A stretch of DNA of 63,389 bases, the filler included, from Hyphochytrium catenoides (taxonomy: Eukaryota; Protista; Hyphochytriomycota), in the NCBI GenBank assembly GCA_900088475.1. It is 12 parts of 12 records of this genome, joined end to end, with 100 filler letters (N's around TTAATTAATTAA, not from the genome) between each part and the next. Parts side by side here need not be neighbours in the genome. Positions count along the whole stretch, not along the records: positions 22,839 to 26,006 come from FLMG01003964.1; positions 26,107 to 31,096 come from FLMG01004603.1; positions 31,197 to 33,240 come from FLMG01000828.1; positions 33,341 to 34,535 come from FLMG01000399.1; 8 more parts are not named here. One strand, given 5' to 3'. The notes beneath the pieces are model-generated. The model was given only the letters and a program-made list of their open reading frames with translations, had not been told where the DNA came from and did not search any database. Shown in pieces: positions 23,101 to 34,634 of the stretch. Numbering within the stretch: position 1 is the first letter of the stretch; every line of letters begins with the position of its first letter. The translations under genes and the position numbers were made by a program.

Positions 23101-26100
23101 AAAATTCGCACAGCTCATGATGAGCAAGATCCAGTCCAGGAGACTCATATAGCCACCATGCCGCGAAGCACAGCCAACGCTAGCAATAGAGGCCAACAAG
23201 ACAGCAGCAACAACACTAATCACGAGCGACGGCTGAGACACAATAGTCATGACCTCAGCCTTATCACGAGTCTTAATGCCGACGGACCACCATCAGACAG
23301 AAAGATCAACCCAACAACACAAAGGACGAAGAAGGGAGACCCCTTCCCATCAGCAGGATTATAAGGACAAGTAGCAGCCACCGAAGATCAGGACAGCAAC
23401 AACAAAAAGGAAAGGAGAGCCATCTTGGTAGCAACATCATTTGTTGGACCAACCAAGCTTGAAATCCACACTGGACGTCATCGCCACGGTTCCACAATGT
23501 CAACCACCGAGGCTTGACCTGCGATAGCGATGCTGCCGCCAAAGAGTATTGTTATTTTTGACCAACCGCTTGGTCATACGAGCGGCTCTTCTTCATCTAT
23601 GATCACCATCATCATCATCGTCTCATCTTCCACCAAATCTACTTTTTAGTTGCACTTTATCACTCACATTTCCTTTTCCTTCTTACACTTCTTCTTGCTG
23701 CTGGACCTGCAACCTCCCTTCAGCATCGCTAGCAACAACGATGCTATTCAATTACTAACACCACCTCTTCGCCCTCTTGTTCTACGTGGGCGAGGGCGGG
23801 GTTGAAGCTGTCAAGCCGAGACGCAGAGGAAAGCAGACATTGTCTTCATGATAATGTCCTCTTATTGCAAATAAGATCATTATCACTTGACAATATCCGT
23901 CATTCAATCGTATCAAATCTGGTATTTGATAGATTGGATGACTGTCTGAGAGAGGGAAATCTCCTCTCTCTCTCAGTTTGTCTTTTTCCCTCTCTCAGTG
24001 ACGACTCCCGCCCTCCCACCGCTTTTGTCTTTCTTTTTCCCTTGGAAGCTTCCGAACTTATTGAAAACTGAAAAGGCGCAACAATGTCGATTAGCGCCAA
24101 AAGAAATTACACACTGGGTTGGAGCTATTGAATGTTGTTTGAACATCAATTAACAATAAATCAAAAGCAGACATTGTCTTCATGACAATGATGTTGTTGC
24201 TGCCACCAGTGATGATGGAGGCTTCTTCTCCTCCTTTCAATCTGTTCCTATGGATAATACGTCGATGGATGATGAGTGACTCTATTCTTCTTCTTGCTTG
24301 GTCGTAGTAGGTGGTGGGAGATGGTGCGGCGGGGCAGCCAGACCTCCACACGTCGTCGGTCGTAGTAGTAGCAGATTCTTCGTCTTCTTCTTCATTCGTC
24401 GTATTAGTCAATCATCATCATCGACCTCTACAACTACTAGTGGTGGCCGGTACCACCAGTAGTAGCTTAGTAAGTAGTAGTGTTTTTAAGCCTTCATCCT
24501 TTCTCATCAGCTGCTCCCTACGCAGCAGAGAAGAACAGAAAAGAGAAGAGAATAATAATCTACAATCTTCTACTTCTTCTTCTTCCATCATCTGCTGCAA
24601 TGGTTTATTTTTAATTTGACATTGAGGAGGAGGAGGAGGATGCATAATGATGATGTGATGATGATGACCATCCGCCAGCACAAAGAACGATAATAACGCT
24701 CACGACGACGTTAAGTCTCTTCTTCTGCTGCGCCTCCTGCAGCAATAAAATGACCTCTCCAATATTATGTAGGTGATGATGAACGTGCCAGTAATCTCTC
24801 AGCAGCAGCGGCGGCAGGCCAGGGGGAAGGGGTCATACCACCCCTCCTGACGCCACACCACCCACTCAGAAAAGGAAGCTTCTTCGGTCGGCCGTTATTA
24901 GTAGTAGTAGGTTGTCTTTGGAAGGAGAGCTGTCGTCGAGCTCAAGAAAGAAGTCATACTAGCATCTTGAAGTCTTAAGAATTGTCGATCTAAGGAGCGT
25001 CCGGAGTGGAAGAAAATTGAAAACCTTCTTCCCTTTGTTGGCGATGGCGCTACTACTGATCGAGAACGTCAACAGCCACTACCACGAGATCCTCATTACT
25101 ATTAGTCAAATACTACTGGGTCGACGATGAATACTGCTAGAGCCAGAACAATCCACCAGTTCTTACCCAGAGATATATGCTGAGGCGGAGCCGCTAAAAA
25201 AGTTAAGATGAGTTTGGCTTCCTCGCCGCCCTTCTTCTGAACTTGCTGCTCTTCTTCTTCTACCACTGGCCGCCGGCGTGTCTCCTCCGCCCACCACCAC
25301 CTACTAAGTTCTTCAGCCCAACAAGGCCATAACGAGTGATGATGTTATGGGATTTGGCGAATTCGTCTTTTGTGCTTGGCTGATCGGGGTGGTGGATTGG
25401 CTGTTTCCTCATCAGCGCCACCAACAACAGCAGCCAGGAGGCGGGGGTGGTCCTTTTAGAAGCGAAGGCTGATGCCATCATCCCATTTGTGCCCTAAACT
25501 GCTATGGAGTAGTTCTAGCAAAGTTGTGGTTGCCGCAGTCATACAAGGTCGAAGGAGTTTTTGTGTCTTCTTTTTGTTGTTGGGTCTCGTTGCTTGTGTC
25601 CCACGGTAACTAAGCTTGCTTTCTTCTTCGACCGAGAGGTTAGGGTTAACATCGTCGTTATGAACCGATACAAAGCAATGAAGTAGGCAGAAGATAGGAA
25701 ATGGAACAGCAAATCGCTCAAGAGTTACACCTTCCAACAAGCTCATTAACCTCCAGCACTGCGTTCGTTGATGTCTCGAGGTTGCCTACTTCGAACGACC
25801 AACCGCCAAACTTTATTGGCTACGAATGGTGCTGCACTCATCAATTGAACAGTACTCGAGCAACAAACTATATAATAATGACCGCCACTAATTAAAAGAA
25901 GAAGAGGAGGAAGAACTCATAAAAAAGAAGTAAAAGAAGAGGTAAAAGAAGAAGAAGAAGGAGGAGGAGGAGGAGAAGAAGAGGGAGAAGAAGAAGGAGA
26001 AGAAGANNNNNNNNNNNNNNNNNNNNNNNNNNNNNNNNNNNNNNNNNNNNTTAATTAATTAANNNNNNNNNNNNNNNNNNNNNNNNNNNNNNNNNNNNNN

Positions 26101-26106
26101 NNNNNN

Positions 26107-29100
26107 GCGCTTGGTGCGCAGGCTTTCCAAGTCGGAATGACAGCACTCAGAGCTTATTTACCTGACGACAACGTTGGAATTAGTGCCTTCCTGTGTCACG
26201 GCCAGGTCAGACCCAGCCAGTTTAGAATTTTCTTGCTCCCGGGATTCTGCGCTGTTTGTGTACAGAGAGGAGAAGGGAGACTGGCATAGGGAGTCTGCTG
26301 AAGTTCTTTTACTCTCGTTTCCGTTCTCTCTCATCTAGCGTCTTCGCTTGTCCTTGTGAGCTTGCTGATGTCAACTCCGATCCTTCTATTCAGGAGTCAA
26401 CTTGGTTCATAAAGGTGAACGAGGTTCTGTGCGTCACGTCCAGCCAACACGACCAATCAGAGGATAATGCCGATGCTGAGGCGTCATCCGCCGGCTCTCC
26501 ATCCTCTACCTCTGGTCTGCGCACCTTCAATGTGCAGAATGTAAATTTTGTGAATGTTGGGATGAAGCGAATCAAGTGCACTGTAGACAACGTAGCTGTA
26601 GATATCTCCGCCAACCAGCTCAATGAACTGGTGGTTGTAGGTGGGTAGACACTTTCAGGTCTCCCCCCTTCCATTACCGACATAGCCTGGCGGCAGAGCC
26701 ATGTTGACGATCCTCGCCACTGCTCCCATTGACCCCTGCCTGTCTCTCTTAAGCTATGCCTCTTAGCCGTTGACTACATGGCCGATTCTTCTGCGCACTA
26801 CTTGTGGCTTTGAAGTGCATCCCACAGCTCTGAATTTTGCTTCTGGCTGATTGAGTCTTACTGGTTAGTGAATGTCTAACGTTGCTTCTTTCTTCCTCCC
26901 TGCTTCCTTTCCGTGTAGCATTGCTAGAGGACTTTGACAAGTTGATAGGCAAGGATCACCTGTTCAAAAAGAGCCTTCTGCTAGTGAAGGCGTGGTGTTT
27001 ATATGAGAGCAGGAGCTATTCGGGCACCTCTGCCCTTTCTGGTCTGTCCGACTATGCTATAGCTGCACTACTGCTACACGTCTTCAATCTGCACCATCAG
27101 AAGATTCACCAGCCATTGCAGGCAGTTAGTTATTTTTTCCATATCTATAGGTACGGAGGTGATACATGGAAGTGGAGATGAGGAGAACGGGCGGTTGTGG
27201 AGGAGAAACAAATTAGACAACAGAGAAAGGTCGCTAAGAGTACTTAGGAAGGAGCTAGAACACCAAAATGCGAAGCATGAAAGGGCCAAACCAGCTTACC
27301 GGGGCATTCGAAAGATTCAATGCCACTAACCACTTCGTTCACTCCACCCGGCAGCCGATTTGACTGGGACTCTGACTGCTGCTGCGTTGATGGCCCCCGT
27401 CGCCTCGTCAACATCAATTTTGAGAGCACCAGGCGTCTCTCTAACTCCCTGTACATATTGGACGAGAGCGGCCTCTTGGCGAAGTATCAGCAAAGATATC
27501 AACGCTCACAATCGGGGGAGAAAGTTGGAGGCGGTAAGAATGGTCGTGGTTGAATTCTGTCTGTCCGGTTCCCTTATTTCCTCATTCCAGCTCTCTTTAT
27601 CTCTCTCTCTTGACACTCACACGCAACGTCTTTCTTTCTTCGTCCATAGTTACGGTGCATAGTTCTACCCTATTCTCTCTCTCCGTACTCTGGCAATTGC
27701 ACCTCAGTCTCTCTATTCCTTTTCAATGGCAAAGACAACTCTCGTTTTAACTTGTGGGCAATGGTCTTCATCCCATGGTCCACTTTGAGTGAACGGAGCG
27801 CCCCCATCTCTGTTCCCGTCATAGACCCAACCTCTATCTTCACTTTAACTTGTTCCGTAGCCCTCCGCAAAGTCGGCTGACGCATTCTTGACCTTTCTTA
27901 TTGTTATTGAGAAGTAGATTCAGATCTCCCCGGTCGAAGCGTCTCGCAAGACAACGGACCAGGTGGCAACTTCTCTGCTTCGTCTGTTCCCTCCTTCCCT
28001 GTCCGTGCCTTCAACATCATGGATCCCTTGGACGCTACGAAGAACTTAGGGGCAAACATCAGCGCTAGACAGGCCCAGCGTATCCAGAAGGCGCTGCAGG
28101 CGGGGGCCAGGAACGTGCACTCTATCTTAGTAGCCCTTGGTAAGGACGGTCAAAGCCAGGTAAGACAACGCGGATGTGCTCTGAAAAGGCTTTCGATCTC
28201 GCTTAGAAGCCACTGGGTTGCCAAGACGGGATAGCCCAGGAGGTACAGAAACAGGCGAGGAGAGAGAAAGAGGAAAGAGAAGAGTTACAGCGCGATAGCC
28301 GTTTGCCAAGGTTACTTTCAAGCACTTCCTTTTCACTCATGATTGCTGTAAATCGCTAGGTCAAGGTAGCAGGCAGCTCTCCCTCAACGTCGTTGTTGGA
28401 CTCTTTCTTTGCCCATAGCTGGCAAAGGTTCGGTCAGGGTTGGAGGCCAGATTTTCCTCGCCGCCTTTCCGCAAACTCGAAGATGCTCAGATCTCAGCTA
28501 ACCTCGGAAGGGCTGTTAGGGATGAGCGCCCTCCTCTCAGGTTCCTCGGCCTCCTCGACTCCTACCTCCTCAATAGGTGAGGCTGGCTACCATAAGTCAT
28601 CCACTGTATTCATCCTTTTGCTCTCATGGAGGTCAAAGATTGCTAGTCAGAAACACCTCGCTATCCCTTGACAGGGGACGCTGCTAGTGGCTCCTTTCCT
28701 CCTGGATATACGCTGCCATTTAATTTTATCACCTTCGTTTCTTCCTGACGCTCCTTCGGTGGCCTTTGACCTGTTGTCTCGTCGTCCCTCTCCGCGCTCC
28801 GGGCAACACAGAAGGCGACGCTCTTAAAGGCAATCTTGACCAGTTGTGGGAGAACATTAAGTATTGCGCATTCCTGCTCGATGCAGAGGTAAGCACAGAT
28901 GGCTCCTCTTCCCGTGTATCCGCCCTTTCTGCTGCTGTGTGTGCTCTCCGTGTCTTGCTGGTCTCTTAGATCTCTCTTCTTTACGTCACGTCTCCCTTTT
29001 ATACGCACCCTTAGGTGACAGCGCCAGCGCTTCTCTCTCTCGCCTCTGAGATCCTGAACGAGCGAGGGTCGCTCCCCGTTGGTGAGATAGGGAAACTGTT

Positions 29101-30270
29101 GCAGGAAGCGACCGCCAACGCCTCACTCTCAACGACTCTGAAGGTGAGTTCTTCCTGTCATCCCGTCAGACGGCTGATAAAGAGAGATTTGAGTGTATTT
29201 GAAGACCTGAGTGGGCTCAGAAGCTTTATCAAGACTGCAGCTTGCTTCCTTCTGTCGCTGTCTCATCCTATCTTCTTCCCCTCTCACTTCACTTCCGAGA
29301 TCTCACGTAGAGTCGCTTGGTTCTTCTCTACTTTGCACCCCTTCCACTGCTATATCCTTTCCAGCCATAAGGCATCTCTAGTCCCCTTTGCCCCTAACGT
29401 TTAACGCTCGGTAGGACAAGTTTGGAGGCTTGAAGAAGTTCTTGGAGAAGTATCCAGAGGTGTTTGTTATAAGTACAGATCATCCTTTCAATCCGCACGT
29501 CTACCTTCGAAGGTAAAGCCACCTATGACCCCGTACCAGTCTCTGCGTTTGTCTTCTGTTTCTCTTCGTCTCGTTCTTTCTCGCACTTGCCACTTTTCTT
29601 CTTGTCTTTCTTGTTCCATCTCCGCTCTCGCTCTCGTCCATTCTTGCTTCGCTCTCTCCTTGTAATGTGTCTTCTGGTCTATGAAGGTCGCCCTTCGCGT
29701 GTCATTAGTGCCTCTCTATTTCTCGTACTCTCAAGGTACTCCGAATGCTAATATTGTGACCCTCTTGCGCAGCAATCTGACTGAAGAAGAGATTCTGAAG
29801 GTGATGACGGGCGTATCGCTGGGTCCACAGACTGGGAAGAAGAAGGTTAGAGCCAGATGCGTCGTTTGGGACCCTTGTTACTTTCTACTATATGTTGCTT
29901 CAGCTACGCCGAGACGCCTTCCTGTCTTTGGACAACGTAATTCTAAGGCTCTTCTGTTGTCTCTTACTCTCCCTCTCTCCTCTTCCTTCTATGGCGTATC
30001 CAACTTGGTCTCTCTTCTAAACTATACTCTTGCCAATGCTTCCGCGCTGCACAGAAATCAGCTCGAAGAAAGAAAGGCCTGGGAGGACAGAGTCTGTCAG
30101 TGGACGGCACAGCAGGACGCTCTGCCTCTGTCTCCTCGGCCACCGATCCTCGGCTTATGTCTTATGACCCTGGATTCTCGGGTTATCTCTCGGGCTCTGC
30201 ACCAGAGTTCGTCCCGTCGTCTATGACCGCTCAGAGTGTGCGCCATCAAAGCACGGGCAGCTTCATGTAG
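26107..30270 (+). CDS. PAP/OAS1-type nucleotidyltransferase-fold protein (5' truncated), catalytic DxD lost, with C-terminal LOTUS-like winged helix and PAM2 motif
   Basis: Exon peptides IKCTVDNVAVDISANQ, LLEDFDKLIGKDHLFKKSLLLVKAWCLYESR, YSRFDWDSDCCCVDGP and FPVRAFNIMDPLDATKNLGANIS...RIQKALQAGARN match the plant/protist PAP/OAS1 substrate-binding-domain NTase family. Later exons give GSLPVGEIGKLLQ...LKDKFGGLKKFLEKYPEVFVISTDHPFNPHVYL and LSGSAPEFVP; stop at 30268-30270. Confidence 0.85.
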
Positions 30271-30516
30271 GCCGCATCCAGGGGATTCCTCTGTAAAGGG
30301 CTCAACGTGGCATGTCACCGCGCTTCTCTCTCTCTCTCTCTNNNNNNNNNNNNNNNNNNNNNNNNNNNNNNNNNNNNNNNNTACCAAGCGTGCTTGTTAA
30401 GTGCTCTAGAAGATTCGTTGGTCCCACTAGCGCCGGGGCATCTCATCTGTATGTGCTATCAATGGGGAGACACTCTTCGTAAACATATCCCAGAGATAGA
30501 CTATAAACATTAAAGC

Positions 30517-31096
30517 TCAAATCTTAAGCTCTATCCTCTTCCAAAGCTCGTCTGCCGCTTCCACCATAATTAGACAACTCTCTGCAGTTGTCGCCCGCAT
30601 CCTCTCTCCTAGAGACGCAGCCATACTCCTCCAGTGAGTAACATGCGGACGGGAAACTATCTCTTCCATCTCTTCGGACATGATCAGGATGATAGTGCTC
30701 GTGGAACTGAGAGCCAAGCCGATGGAGTGAAGGACCCAGCCTCCGCATTCATCCCATCGATTATCCCTAACCCTCTACATACAGCCCTGACACATGCACC
30801 CGAACAAGGAAAGCATTGGCAGCCTCGCAAAAAAGAGCTTTCTGCAGCAATAATGGACAGCTTTCTCTCTTTCTTGCTGTCTCTGTCTCTCCCTCTTCTC
30901 TTTCCCTCCGCAACTGTCTCTTTTTCTTGCCTGGCTCACTCTCATCTTGTCCAGTGTATGTCTCCTTTCCTATGCTCTGTGCATAACTAGAGACTGACGA
31001 TGGACAGATCCCAGCATAACTCTCCTCGAGATACACGTTGATCCTTGTGATGAGGTCATGGCTGTGTAGAGCTTGAGCTTGCAAGGAATGTGGGCG
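30517..31096 (-). CDS. 3' end of a hypothetical protein
   Basis: Last exon ~30517-30766 follows a GTTAG acceptor and reads DNRWDECGGWVLHSIGLALSSTSTIILIMSEEMEEIV...ELWKRIELKI*. No family recognised. Confidence 0.35.
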
Positions 31097-31196
31097 NNNN
31101 NNNNNNNNNNNNNNNNNNNNNNNNNNNNNNNNNNNNNNNNTTAATTAATTAANNNNNNNNNNNNNNNNNNNNNNNNNNNNNNNNNNNNNNNNNNNN

Positions 31197-31314
31197 TCCC
31201 GTCAACATGATGAAGGAGATTCAGTTCATCGAGATAAGCCTCCATTCTCAATCGCCAAACAGGGTAGTCCTCCATCCCTTGTAGCTTTGATATCGTAACC
31301 AGGAAAGAGCTCAT
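31197..31314 (-). mobile_element. Copia-type gag N-terminus (truncated)
   Basis: MSSFLVTISKLQGMEDYPVWRLRMEAYLDELNLLHHVDG fits the Copia gag start pattern (L-x-G-x-x-Y-x-x-W-x-x-x-M-x-A-x-L...V-x-G) and lies downstream of an LTR and PBS on the same strand. Confidence 0.8.
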
Positions 31315-31927
31315 AATGTTGATGATTCTGGGGGCTTGAAATAGTCTTGATGATGAGAATGGAAAGAGAAATGGACAATAGTAGACTTTGTGTCCGTAGG
31401 ATTTGATCTTCTTGCCCTGATAAATGGGACGATATCTCCAAAGCGAAGCGCTTTCAGAAGAAAATGATGGCACCAATGAACTCAGCGATGCCGATTTACC
31501 CCCTGTCACTCTTTGAAAGCTCCGAAAAGAGTTGATTTTGGGCCGAAATCGTGCTTGAAACTTTCCCTTAAAAAAGTGCTGGTATGGTTGAAATTTTCGT
31601 TGGAGGGGTTGAAATTTATACCGAAATTTGGACGAAACTTTTCAACGTTTCAAAGGTTTCCTTGAAGTTTATGCTGAAATATTCCCGAAAGTTTCGATGG
31701 AACAGGATTGCCGTTAGCGCTTATATGCCCGTACTGGTAGCCGGCACTGGCTAGTTGTTTTGGAAGCCGGCGGGACCGGATAGCCGTTATTGCCCAGTGG
31801 AGCACGTTGGCTGCTCCAGGGGGGCCCACTCGATCTTGGTCTCGGTCGGAATCGCAATGGTCCAGTGGTTGGCTCAGAGGCTTCAGAAGAAGTTTCTGAG
31901 TCCTGGGGGACGCGTGGATCCATAACC

Positions 31928-32254
31928 TGTTGGATTTGTATGGGATGATTGGACAATGTCATTAGATGAGAGTGGTCGACCTATATATAAGCCCAACTGG
32001 GGTCCCATAATTTAGAGCTATACTGACTATGCCAACTATTTCTAATAGACCCTAAGATATTCAGTCATAGAAAAATCCCTGTCTAGAACAGTCAGTCCTG
32101 AAGGTATTCCGGGGTACTGACCATAAGCCATAGATATAATAGGGACATTTCGTTTGCTTCATATCTCGGCTTCTACTGGGAGTTTGGAGCTGAAACTTGG
32201 GTAGTTAAGCTTGCCAGCTTGTAGGCCACATAGCTGTGCCCTCAGACTCCAACA
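31928..32254 (-). mobile_element. Copia LTR (327 bp), with PPT upstream and PBS downstream
   Basis: On the minus strand it starts TGTTGGA (32254) and ends TCCAACA (31928), a 7-bp terminal inverted repeat. TATATA near 31985, purine tract GGGGGAGCTAGG before it, GGTTATGGATCCACG PBS after it. The same LTR start recurs at 34476. Confidence 0.85.
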
Positions 32255-32289
32255 CCTAGCTCCCCCATAAGGCACAGAATATGATTCAC

Positions 32290-33240
32290 GTCCTTGGTGG
32301 CCGCTCAAAGAGAGATGCATTCCGCGTCCGTCGAAGAGAAAGCTGTGAGTTGCTGCTTCAGCGGCTTCCACACGAAGGCGCCTTCACCCATCGTGAAGTA
32401 CTGCCCTGAAATGGACTTCCGATATGAAGGGTCATTGGACCAGTCGGCATCCGCAAACGCTTTCAGGCATGGCATACTCTTTCCCCCAAGAGTCAAACCT
32501 AGGTCCACTGTGCCCTTCAAGTACCTGAAGATCCGCTTTACAGCCTCCCAGTAGTGCACGACTCTTGGCGTTGACGTGCGCTGGCTTACGGACTGTACCG
32601 CATAACCAATGTCGGGCCCGGGTGGTGACCATAAGGTACATAAGACATCCTACGGCCTCCCGGTATGGTATCTGGCGCAGAAGCTCTCGAGTCTCCGCGG
32701 CAACCTGGAATGTCTCGTCCCTTCGGCAGTATGACTTCGGGGTCACTGGCAACGGACTTGGATGGCAGTCAGCCATGTTGAACCTCTCTAGAATACTACT
32801 GATGTACTTTGGCTGCGACAGTGTTATGGTCCTTGCTGTCCTGTCATGATGTACCTTGATCCCGAGGAAACAGTTGAGTTCCCCGACATCCGTGACCTCG
32901 AACCTATCCGAGAGGGTCTTCTTCATGCCATTAACAAGATCTGTCGTCTCTCCTATCAAAAGTAAGTCGTCGACAGACAGAGTGATGATCTCTGGCAGCT
33001 TGGAGCCAGTCTCAGTGCGGTGTCGGATATGCACACAAGGTTCAAATATGCTAGGGTGGAATCCGCTTCTTCAGATACCAGTCAATCACCTTGTTCCACT
33101 GCCGTGGACTCTGCTCTAGTCCGTCTATGCTTTTCTTCAGCTTGCAGACATGATCTTGACAATCACTCAACACGAGCAAATCCAAAAGGCTGCTTCATAT
33201 ACACAGTTTCTTCCAGCTCGCCCTGCAAGAAAGCAGTCTT
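32290..33240 (-). pseudogene. Decayed Copia reverse transcriptase / RNase H
   Basis: TAFLQGELEETVYMKQPFGF, QSPRQWNK, TLSVDDLLLIG (YVDD motif altered), PYREAVGCLMYLMVTTR, HWEAVKRIFRYLKGT-like, AFADADWSNDPSYRKSISG. Frameshifts present and RNase H is cut short. Confidence 0.92.
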
Positions 33241-33340
33241 NNNNNNNNNNNNNNNNNNNNNNNNNNNNNNNNNNNNNNNNNNNNTTAATTAATTAANNNN
33301 NNNNNNNNNNNNNNNNNNNNNNNNNNNNNNNNNNNNNNNN

Positions 33341-34535
33341 TCCGCGAGTATCAAGATATCGCACCAGTCACGCTCTATACTGCGGACAATCGGCCTTTGT
33401 GCAGTCGGTTAAGGCAGGATCGATCTCCGGCCACAAAGTGGGAATGGCTTAGCACTTACTGACATACTTTATGTTCCCGGCTTCCCTAAACATTTGCTCT
33501 CGATCTCTCAAGAACTCAAGAAGGGTGGTCATATAATGTTTCAAGACGAAGGGAAAGTCTACTATCTTGCTCGGGGGAGGACCAGCAGGATCGGTGGAAG
33601 TGCTCCAGCGACTTGCCTTTTGTTGAGAGCAGAAGCTGACAGGAGCTCTAAAAGGCTCACAGTTCCAGACTCTATCTGACGAGAGGAAGAAGGCACAAAA
33701 CAAAGTGTTTCAGAGTTATGATAACTAGATTATTATCATTAGGTAAGTCATCATACGACGACAAGAAGTAGTAACTGGGTCTAGTAGTTTATACGAGACA
33801 CAGTTACCCTCCAGAGCAACTAGACAACGTGATAACTAGGAAACAGGGTCCCATAAGCTCTTCATACTCACTTCGAGCATATCAGTAGACCACATAACCT
33901 AAATAATAGTGTCTTCAAATCCCATACATTATAATACCTTTTACACACATCGGTACACAGATTGGCAACCTCTTCTATGCCACTGGCACTACCATAGAGC
34001 CTGTGTACCAGAAAGACGACAACTCCTTAAGCACCACTTCTACCGATCAACCCACAAAGGGAGTCTCCCAGAAGTCCATGACTCTGTGGCACCGACGCTT
34101 AGGACATCGTATCGGATGTCCGTCTACTGGCTAAGTCCGCCGAGGGCATTCGACTTTCAAGCAACTCTCAAATGGACTTCTGTCAAGACTGTGCGATCGG
34201 AAAACTTACCAGACAGCGGTTCCCGAAGAAGGCCAGTGGACAAACTACTCAACCACTGGAGCTTGTACAACACACCGACGTTGGGGTTGTCAACGTGCCC
34301 AGCTTGGAAGGTTATCGCTACTATGTTGTGTTGGTCGATGACTACTCTCGCAGAGTCTTCTTGTACTGTTTGAAGACGAAAGGTGAAGTTATGGCTGTTG
34401 AATGTTCAGCTTCGACCCTTCACAAGAGGGAGTTCGAGCGGCGGGGAGGTGTTGGAGTCTGAGGACACTAGCTATTGTTGGAGTCTGAGGGCACAGCTAT
34501 GTGGTCTACAAGCTGGCAAGCTTAACTACCCAAGT
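33341..34535 (+). mobile_element. Internally deleted Copia element: protease end, GAG-pre-integrase, integrase start, PPT, LTR start
   Basis: LTDILYVPGFPKHLLSISQ, LWHRRLGH, FCQDCAIGKLTRQRFPK...PLELVQHTDV...YRYYVVLVDDYSR...LKTKGEV, then purine tract GCGGGGAGG and TGTTGGAGTCTGAGG at 34450 and again at 34476. Confidence 0.88.
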
Positions 34536-34634
34536 NNNNNNNNNNNNNNNNNNNNNNNNNNNNNNNNNNNNNNNNNNNNTTAATTAATTAANNNNNNNNN
34601 NNNNNNNNNNNNNNNNNNNNNNNNNNNNNNNNNN

